64,000 bases of DNA, taken from the human T2T-CHM13v2.0 reference genome, Homo sapiens. The stretch lies in the NCBI RefSeq assembly GCF_009914755.1, contig NC_060947.1; one strand, 5' to 3'. Below are positions 54,044 through 64,000 of the stretch, one piece after another. Every line of letters starts with the position of its first letter. Position 1 is the first letter of the stretch. The position numbers and the translations under genes are program-made. Under the pieces are notes generated by a model. The model was not told the origin of the DNA. It worked only from the letters and a program-made list of their open reading frames with translations, and searched no databases.

Positions 54044-56618
54044 AAACTAATGATAATAATCATACTAAAACCATTCCAAAAAAGTGGGGAGGAGGATCAC
54101 CTTCCTAACTCATTCTAGCAAGCAAGTATAAGGCTAATACCAACATGTGGCAGAGACACAACAACAAAAACTTCAGGTCAATACCACTTATGAACATAAA
54201 CACAAAAGTCTTCAACAAAATATTAGCAAACCAAATTCAGCTGCACATCAGTGAATATACTATGATCAAGTAGACTTTATTCCTGGGATGCAAGGCTGGT
54301 TCAACATACACAAATAAAGTGATTCAAGACACAAGCAGAATTAAATAAAAAAAAACAAGTGATCATCTCAATAGATGTAGAAATTTTTTTTGATAAAATT
54401 TAACATCCCTTCATGATAAAAACCCCCAACAGACTAAGCATTGAAGGAACATACCATGGAATACTAAGAGCCATCAAAGACAAATCCACCGCCAACATCA
54501 TATTGAATGGGCAAAAGCTCAAGCCATTCCCCTAGAGAAATGGAACAAGACAAGAAGGCCTAATCTCACCACTCATATTTAACCTAGTACTGGATGTCTT
54601 ACTTAGGAAAATCAGGCAAAATAAATAAGCAAATGCATTCAAATATAAATAGAAGAAGTCAGACTATCTCTACTTATGGATAATATAATTCTATACAAAG
54701 AAAATTCTAAAAACTCTACCAGGGGGCCCCTAGAACTTATCAACTACTTTAATGAAGTTTCAGGATACAGAACCAATGTATAAAAATCAGTAGCATTTCT
54801 ATATACAAAAAAAAAAGTTCAAGCTGAGAGTGAAATCAGGAACCCAATCCCACTTACAATAGCCACAAGGAAAATGTAATACCTAGGAATACAGCTAATC
54901 AAGGAGGTAAAAGACCTCTACAAGTAGAATGACAAAACATTGCTAAAATAAACCAGATAATGCAAATAAATGAAAAACATTTGTTGCTCATAAATTGGAA
55001 AAATAAGTATTTTACAAATGGCCATACTGCCCAAAGCAATTTAAAGATTCAATGATATTCCTATTACTATTCCAATGTCATTCTTCACACAATTAGCAAA
55101 GGGTATTCTTAAATTTATATGCAATCAAAAAGAGCCTGAATAGACAAAACAATTATAAGCTAAAGTATAAAGCTGGAGGCATTGAAATATCTGATTTCAA
55201 ATGATACTATAAAGTCACAGTAACCAAAAGAACTTGGTACTAGCAAAAAAAAAAAAAAAAAAAAAAAAAACAGATGAATAGAAAACTGAGAAATAAACCA
55301 TAAACCTAACACCATCTGATCTTCAACAAAACCAACCAAAACAAGCAATGAGGAAAAGACTCCCTATTCAATAAATTGTGCTTGGATAAATCCAATAGCA
55401 TAATATTAAGCCATATGCTTAATATTGAGCCTTAAGCCTTCCTTTTCCCCATATACAAAAATTAACTGGAAATGGATTAAAGACTTAAATGTAACACCTA
55501 AAACTGTAGAAACTCAAGAAGAAAAGTTAGGAAATATCATTCTGGACGTGGGACCTGGCAAAGATTTGATGATGAAGATGCCAAAAGTAATTGCAAAAAA
55601 AAAGCAAAAATTGACATGTAAGACCTAATTAAACTGGAGAGCATCTGTACAGCAAAAGAAACTATCAACAGAGTAAACAGACAACCTACAGAATGGGAGA
55701 AGATATTCACAAACTATGCATCTGACAAAAGCCTAATATCCAGAACCTACAGAGAACATAAATCAACAAGCTAAAAACAAATAACCCCACTAAAAAATAG
55801 GCAAAGTACACAAACAGACACTTCTCAAAAGAAGACATACATGGGGCCAACAAACATATAACCAATTCTCTTTATTTCTAATCATCAGAGAAATGTAAAT
55901 CAAAACTATAATGAGATGCCATCTTACATCAGTCAGATTGGGTGTTATCACAAAGTCAAAAAATAACAGATACAGGGGAGGTTGTGAAGAAAATGGAACA
56001 CTTATACACTGTTGGTGGAAAGCAGTTTAGAGATTTTTCAAAGAACTTAGAACTAACATTTGACCTAGTGATATCATTACTGGGTATACACCCAAAGAAA
56101 TACAAATCATTCTACCATAAGGACACATGCACACAAATGTTCATTACAGCACTATTCACAATAGCAAAGATGTGGAATCAAAGCAGATGTCCAACAGTGG
56201 GATGAATAAAGAAAATATGGCATGTAGAAATACTACACTACCATAAAATAGAACAAAATCATGTCTTTTGAAGCAACACAGATGCAGCTGTAGATCATTG
56301 TCTTAAGCGATTTAACACAGGAGAAGAAAAACAAATATCACACGTTTTCACTTATAAGTGGGAACTAAATATTGAGTACACATAAGCTCAAGGAAGGAAA
56401 CAATGTACACCAGGGTCTACTTGAAGGTGAAAGGTGGGAGGAGGGGGAGGATTGTAAAACTACCTATCGGTTACTATGCTCATTACCTTGGTGAAAAAAT
56501 ATTCTGTATGTTAAAGTTCCACGACCTGCAACTTACCCATATAACAAAACTGCGCATGTACCCTGTGAACCTAAAATTAAAGTTGGAGACAAAAAATAAA
56601 AGAAATGAAATTGGGAAC

Positions 56619-56774
56619 TGATATGGCTTGGCTCTGTGTCCCAAATAAATCTCACCTTGAATTGTAATAATCCCTACTTGTTATGGAAGGGACTTGGTGG
56701 AAAGTAATTGAATCATGGGGGAGCTTTTTCCGATGCTGTTCTCATGATAGTGATTAGAGAAACAGACTACAACA
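56619..56774 (+). mobile_element. THE1/MST LTR with an internal deletion (both termini kept, ~155 bp)
   Basis: Starts TGATATGGCTTGGCTCTGTGTCCC, joins at GTTCTCATGATAGTGA to the terminal GAAACAGACTACAACA. Confidence 0.75.
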
Positions 56775-58350
56775 GGGGCATTGCTCCTGATTTTAGAGGA
56801 ATAAAAAAATGACAAAAGGAGAATACTATGAATAATTGTATTCACAAAAACCAATTTAATGTAAATAAATAAATTCTAGAAAATGCACTCTATTAATACT
56901 GACTCATGAAGAAATAAGAAAATATCTGAATTCACCTGAGAAAAGTAAGGCAATTGATAAAAAAGCTCTCAAAAACAACAACAACAGGAACATATGATTT
57001 CACTGGAGAATTCAATCAAACACTTAAATAATTAACACTAATATTTCTCAAAAAAAAATTTAAGCGAACACTAAGAGCCTCATTCTATGAGGCCATTATT
57101 ACCCTGAAAACAAACTAGACAACATCACAAGGGAAAAATTATTACAGACTAATATCCATTATGAATACTAATACAAACTACTTCAACAAAATATTAGCAA
57201 ACTGAGGTTCTCTGTTAAAAGAAAACATAGAGAAAATATTTTTGACAGATTTGTAATCATGTATTGGATATGACAAAGGTAGCAAGAGAAAATAGATAAA
57301 CTGGATTTCATCCAAATCAAAAACTTCTCTCCATCAAAGGGCATTATTATTTAGTTGTGAAAAGGCAACCTATAGAATATGAGAAAATATTTGCAAATGA
57401 TATATTTTATGAGACATTAATATCCAGAGTATTTAAAGAACTCCTGCAACACAACAAAAAGAAATAAATAAAGCGACTAAACTCAAAAATTGGTAAAATC
57501 TTGAGTAGTCATTTTTAAAGAAGGTACACAAATGGCCCATAAGAAAGTTTAAATATTTTTACTATCAGTAGCCACAGCAGGAATCCAAATAAAAACGATA
57601 AAATACCACTTCACAACACTTAGGAAGGTGAAAATTAACTACTGTTGTTAATAACTTGGAGAAATTGAAAATCTTAAGATTTCTGGTAGGATGTAAAATA
57701 TCAGAGAAAATGTGTAAAATTGTTGATTTCTGAAAATGTTAAACACATAATTACTATATAGTGTATAAATTACACACCCAGGTATATAACACTCAAAAGA
57801 ATTGAAAGCAGGAACTAAAAGAGATATATACAGAGTAGTGTTTGTAGCAGTTTGTTTTACAATAGCCAAAAGGAGGAAACAACCCATATTTCTATCAACA
57901 GATGAATAGATAAAACATTCATGATATAAACACACAAAGGGATACACATACAATAAATATACACATACAATGGAATATTATTCAGCCTTGAAAATAATGA
58001 AATCCTAAAAGATGCTTCAACATAGATGAACCTTGGAAACATTATGCTGAGTCAAATAAGCCAGAGACAAAATGACAAATATTAAATAATTTCACATATA
58101 TAATGTACCTATAATAAGCAAATTTATACAGTTAGAAAGTAGATTAGCAGTTAGTATGGGATATGGCAAGGGAGGAACGGAAAGTCATTGTTTAATGGTT
58201 ACACAGTATTTGATTAGGATGGAGAAAAAGTTCTAAAAATGAGTAGTGGTATGGGTTGTATAATGTTTTGAATGTATTTAATGCTACTGAATTATGCACT
58301 TAAGAAAAATGGAAAATGTTATGTTGTGCATATTTTACCAAAATATTTTT
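56775..58350 (+). mobile_element. Old L1M (L1MB-like) ORF2 remnants and 3'UTR
   Basis: CATTCTATGAGGCC..CAAAATATTAGCAAAC, with a 3' end AATGTATTTAATGCTACTGAATT..ATGTTGTGCATATTTTACC. Confidence 0.75.
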
Positions 58351-58437
58351 TAAATTAAGGCAATCAGGGAATTGTGAACACAATATGTGGTGGTATTAAA
58401 AACTTCTAGCGTTAGAGTAGGGGTGAAGCAAGATGGC

Positions 58438-58807
58438 TGCTATGGTTTGGCTGTGTTCCCACCTAAATCTCATGTTGAATTGTGACTCCCATGATTGTCC
58501 TGTGTTTTGGAAGGAGCCCTGTGAGAGGTGATTGAATTACGGGGGCAGGACTTTCCCGCACTGTTCTTGTGATAGTGAACGAGTCTGATGAGATCCGATG
58601 GTTTTAAAAACGGTAGTTTCCTTGCACAAGTTCTCATTTTGCCTGTTGCCATCCATGTAAGATGTAACTCGCTCCTCCTTGCCTTCTGCCATAATTGTGA
58701 GGCCTCCCCAGCCATGTGGAATTGTAAGTCCAATACACCTCTTTTTTTTGGTAAATTACCCAGTCTCAGGTATGTTTTTATCAGCAGTGTGAAAACGGAC
58801 TAATACA
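58438..58807 (+). mobile_element. THE1 solo LTR (THE1B-like)
   Basis: TGCTATGGTTTGGCTGTGT...GACTAATACA, 370 bp, TSD ATGGC at 58433-37 and 58808-12. Confidence 0.95.
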
Positions 58808-60804
58808 ATGGCTAAATAGAAAACTGCACTGATTGTCCCCTTTCTCCACAAGGACACCAATTTAACATCTACCTACAAAACAAACAAACAAACAAACAAA
58901 AAAAACACCTTTGTAAAACCAAAAATCAGATGAGCATGCACAGTACCTGGTTTTAAGTTCATATCACTGAAAGAGACAGAGAAGAGGGTAGAAAAGACAG
59001 TCTTAAATAACTGATGCCACCACTCCCTCATACCATGGAAGCCACCACATGATGCAGACAGATATTCTGTTCATTTGTTTGGGATAGGGAGAGTGCAGTA
59101 ATTGTAATAAATTGCATTGAACTCAGTGCTGCTGTGTTATAGCAGAAAGCAAAACTTGGTTGAACTTAGCTGACTTGCACCCATGGAGGGAATATTTAAA
59201 ACAGTCCTAGCCAGAGGGGAATCACCAATCCCAGCAGTCAGAACTTGAGTTCCACCAAGTTTGCCACCACAGGCTAAAGTCCTCTGGAGCCACAAATAAA
59301 CTTCAAAGGCCATCTAGCCCACAAGAACTGCAACTCCTAGGTGAGTGCAAGTACTGTACTGGTCTCAGGGTTAGTGGACTTGTGGGGCATGCGACCTACT
59401 GAGTCATGAGCAGGGAAGCTGAGAAAGTGCTTTTGCCAACCTTCCACCAACTCCAGGCTGCACAGCTCACAGCTTCAAAAAAGACTCCTTAATTCTACTT
59501 GAGGAGAGAAAAAGGAAGAGTAAAAATGACTTCGTCTTGCATCTTAGACACCAGCTCAGCCACAGAAGGATAGGGCACCAGTCAGGGTCGTGGGGTTCCC
59601 TTTCCAGGACCTAGCTCACAGATAACATTTCTAGAAACACTCTGGGCCAGAAGAGAAACCACCACTGTCTCGAAGGGAAAAAATCCAGTTCTGGCATGAA
59701 GCATCACATACTGACTAAAGAGCCCTTGAGCCCTGAAAACCAGTAGTAGTAACCAAGTAATATGCCATGAGCCTTCAGTGAGACTCTGAGACATGATGGC
59801 TTCAGATAAGACTTCACATTCCCAGGTGTGGTAGCTATGGGGAGAGACTCCTTCTGTTTCAGAAAAGCGGAAGAAAAAGTAAAGGAGACTTTGTCTTAAA
59901 ACTTAGGTAGTAGCTTGGACACTGTGTGGTAGAACACCAAAGAGGATCTTAAGCTCTCCAAATATAAGACTTGGCTTTTGGATGGGATTTCTGGACATTT
60001 CCTTGTCCAGAGAAGAGTCTAGTGACCTGAAACGTGAGTCCCAAGACAGGTAGCAACCACCACAAGTTGACTGAAGAGCCCCTGTTTCTTAAGAAAACAT
60101 TGGTGGTAAGCTGGCCATACTTGCCATTGGACTGTGGTGGTGATGGTCATGGGATGAAGCTCCTCCCCCTTTGGAAAGAGGAAGGAACATTGGGAAGGTC
60201 TGAATCCTGTGGTTTGATTGCCAGCTAAACCATAACAAAATAGAACACCAAGTAGACTTTAAGGCCTTTCACTCCACTCTCTGGCTCCCAGACAAACCTC
60301 TGTATCCATTCAGGGTGTATGCGAACTTGGTTCCCTGAAGGGAAGAACATAAGCCTTGCTGGCTTCACCACGTGCTGATTGTGGAGCCCCCAAGGCCTTG
60401 AGCAAACATAGGCGCCAGTCTAGTTGTAGTTATGGTGGGCCTTGGGTAAAATCTAGTACTATGCTGGCTTCTGGTATGACTAAGCAAAGTCACAATGGTG
60501 GTGGCCACAGGGCTGCTTGTGTCACCCCACCCCAAGCTCCAGGCAGCTCAGAACAGAGAGAGAGACCATTTGTTTGGGATAAAATAAGGGAACAGGACAA
60601 TAGTTTCAGCCTGGTAATCCCATGAATTCTCCATATTTATTAAGACATTCAAGGTAGTGTCTCTAGGAGTCTGAAATAACCAGAGCGTTATTGGGATTGA
60701 GGTGCCCCGTAAGGCAGATGCAGCTTAGGTCACAAGAATCAAGTCATTTTGAATACCTGGAAAGCCTTCCCAAGAAGGACAGGTATAAACAAACCCAGAC
60801 TGTT

Positions 60805-60853
60805 AAAAACAAAACAAAACAAAACAAAACAAAACAAAACAAAACAAAAAAAA
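60805..60853. repeat. (AAAAC)n microsatellite
   Basis: Direct reading of the sequence. Confidence 0.9.
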
Positions 60854-61656
60854 CCCTAATTATTCAATGGCCAGACACAGACAAGCATTCACAAGTATCA
60901 AGATAATAATGACCTCAGCAAATGAATTAAATAAACACCAGGAACCTATCCTGGAGAAACAGAGATACATGAACTTTCACACAGAGAATTCAAAATAGCT
61001 GTGTTAAGGAAAGTCAAATAAATTCAAGATAACACAAAAAAGAAATTCAGAATTCTATAAGATAAATTTAATAAAAATATGAAAATGATTTAAAAAATCA
61101 AACAGAATTTCTGGTGTCAAAAAATAAAATTCATATACTGAAGAATACATCAGAGTCTTTTAATAGCATAATTGATCAAGCAGAAAAAATAATTAGTGAG
61201 CTTGAAGACCGGCTACTTGAAAATAAACAGCCAGAAGAGACAAAAGAAAAAAATAAAATAAAACAATGAAGCATGGCTACAGAATTTTAAAAATAACCTC
61301 AAAAGAGCAAATCAAAGAGTTATTGGCCTTGAAAAGGAGGTAAAGAAAAAGACAAGGGTACAAAGGTTATTCAAAATTGTAATAGGAAAGAACATCCCAA
61401 ACCTAGAAAAAGATATCAATATCCCCATACAAGAAGGTTATAGAACACTAAGCCAATTTAACCCAAAGACGACTACCTCAAGGCATCTAACAGTCAAACT
61501 CCCCAAGGCCAACAATAAAGAAAGGCTTCTAAAAGCATCAAGAGAAAAAAAAAACAAATAATGGACAATGGAGTATCTATATGACTGGCAGCAGATTTTT
61601 CAGGCCGGGACCTTTTAGGCCGGGAGACAATGGCATGGCATATTAAAAGTACTCTA

Positions 61657-61995
61657 TACTAACTCGTCATCTAGCATTAGGTGTATCTCCCAATGCTATC
61701 CCTACCCCCCCACCACCCACAACAGTCCCCAGAGTGTGATGTTCCCCTTCCTGTGTCCATGTGTTCTCATTGTTCAATTCCCACCTATGAGTGAGAATAT
61801 GCGGTGTTTGGTTTTCTGTTCTTGCGATAGTTTACTGAGAATGATGATTTCCAATTTCATCCACATCCCTACAAAGGACATGAACTCATCATTTTTTACC
61901 AGCATGGCACATGTATACATATGTAACTAACCTGCACATTGTGCACATATACCCTAAAACTTAAAGTATAATAATAAATTTAAAAAAGAGAAAAA
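61657..61995 (+). mobile_element. Young L1PA2-like insertion with a 5' inversion (twin priming)
   Basis: Inverted 3'UTR piece at ~61658-61898, then sense CCAGCATGGCACATG..AAAGTATAATAATAAA and an A-tail. TSD AAAAGTACTCTA at 61645-56 and 61996-62007. Confidence 0.92.
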
Positions 61996-64000
61996 AAAAG
62001 TACTCTACTATAGTAGTATATCTGGTGAAAGTATTTCTCAAACATGAAGGAGAAATAAAGACATTCTCAGACAAACAAAAGCTGAGGGACTTCATCAACG
62101 CCAGGACTGTCCTGCAAGAAATGCTAAAAGGAGTACTTCTATCAGAAAGAAAAAGACATTAATGAGCAACATGAAAACATCTGAAGGTAGAAAATTCACT
62201 AATAATAGTACACACAAATAAAAAATAATATCGTAGCACTGTAACTGTGTTGTGTAAACTACTTTTATTTTAGGTAGAAAGAATAAGCGATGTGACAATT
62301 AAAAATAATACTTAAAACAACTTTTCAAGACATAGACAATACAGTAAAATATAAATAGAAACAACACATGTTAAAATGTGGGAGGACAAAGTTAAAGTGT
62401 AGAGTTTTTATTATTTTTCTTCTACTTTGTATATACAAACAGTGTTAAGTGTCATCAGCTCAATATAATGGGTTATAAAATAGTATTTGCAAGTCTCATG
62501 GTAACCAAAAATCAGGTGCATAAAAATTAAAAGAAAAAATTAAATAATAATATCAGAGAAAACCACCTGCAATTAAAAAAAGGCAGAAGAGAAAGAAAGA
62601 GAAAGTAAGAAAGAAGGGAAGTCCAGTAATCAACCAGAAATCAAATAACAAAATGGCAGGAGTAGGTCCTTACATATCAATAATAATATTGAATGTAAAT
62701 GGACTAAGCTATCAAATAAAAAGGCATGGGGATGCTGAGTGAATAAAAGCAAGAACCAAGGATGTGTTCCCTACAAGAAACAGACTTCACCTATAAAGAC
62801 ACACAGAGACTGAAAATAAATGGAAGGAAAAGACATATTCCATGTCAATAGTAACCAGTAAAGAGGAGGAGTAGCTATACATATATCAGACAAAGTAGGT
62901 CTCAAGATAAAAACTTTGAGAAACAGAGAAGGTCACTGTATAAATATAATGGGGATAATTAAGCAAGAAGGTATAACAATTATAAATATATATGCACTCA
63001 ACATAGGAGCACAAAGATATATAAAGCAAATATTAGAATTGAAGAGAAAAATATAATCTCATACAATAATAGCTGGAGACTTCAACACTTCACTTTTCAG
63101 CATTGGACAGATCTTCCAAACAGAAAATAAACGAAGAATTTTATATGCAGTACAGAACAAATAGACCTAAAAGATATTTACAAATTATTTCATCCAATAG
63201 CTATAGAATGCACATTCTTTTCCTCAGTACATGGATCATTCTCAAGGATAGATCATAAGATATGCCACAAAACAAGACTTAAAACATTCAAAAAAATATC
63301 AAGTATCATCTGTAATCACAAAGGAATAAAATTAGAAATCAATAACCAGAGAAATTTTGAAAACTATACATATACATGAAAGTTAAACAACATGCTTGTA
63401 AATGACCAGTGGGTCAATGAAGAAATTAAGAAGGAAATTAAAAAATTTATTGAAATGATTGATAAAGGAAACATAACATACCAGAATCTGTGGGATACAG
63501 TGAAAGTAGTACTAAGAGGGAAAAATTTAAATGAAGGAAATAACAAAAAGGTCAGTGAAACAAAAAGTTGATTTTTTTAAAAGATAAACAAAATTGAGGA
63601 AAGTTTATCCTGACTAACTACAAAAATAGTAAGAAGACCCAAATAATAAAATCAGAGATGAAAAAAGAGACATTAAAACTGATACTGCAGAAATTCAGAG
63701 GATTATTAGTGGCTACTATGAGCAACTATACGCCAATAAACTGGAAAATTTAGAGGAAATGGATAAATTCCTAGACACATACCAACGACAAAGATTGAAC
63801 CATGAAGAAATTTAAAATGTGAACAGACCAATAACAAGTAATGAGATGGAAGCTATAATAAAAAGACTCCAAACAAAGAAAAGTCTGGGATCCAATGGCT
63901 TCTTTGCTGAATTTTACCAGGCATTTAAAGAATTCAATAACACCAGCATTGCCCTGATATCAAAACCAGAGGAAGACAAAGCGAAAAAAGAAAACTAGAA

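Larger units (their letters stand above)
58420..64000 (+). mobile_element. L1MA/L1M-type element from its 5' end through ORF1 into ORF2; continues beyond the window
   Basis: GGGTGAAGCAAGATGGC start, long 5'UTR, ORF1 (CAGAGAATTCAAAATAGCTG), ORF2 EN (TTGAATGTAAATGGACTAA) and the AGTCTGGGATCCAATGGCT remnant of the PGPDG region. Confidence 0.85.

Overview
AT-rich, repeat-dense primate (human-like) genomic DNA with no intact protein-coding gene. The most notable feature is the first ~5.7 kb, which is a decayed, polyadenylated retrocopy of a lncRNA built from alternating ~300-nt repeat units carrying Pumilio-response elements (TGTANATA). I recognise it as NORAD/LINC00657-like. Its 5' part lies upstream of the window, and it is interrupted by two Alus and an L1PA fragment. 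5.7-8.2 kb holds two tandem L1MA-type 3' ends. 8.2-28 kb is mostly unique or ancient-repeat sequence (MIR, L2, Alus, a full MADE1 hairpin, and a CTCF-like site inside a candidate 70-nt exon). 28-33.7 kb holds a truncated L1PA and a complete THE1 provirus. 37.3-64 kb is a nested stack of same-strand (+) L1 elements with MST, THE1, MER50-like, Alu and short L1PA insertions, including a young twin-primed L1PA2-like insert. The ORFs I can assign are L1, Alu or LTR remnants, and the rest look like chance ORFs. Subfamily calls are from remembered consensus features, not from a search, and boundaries of old repeats are approximate.
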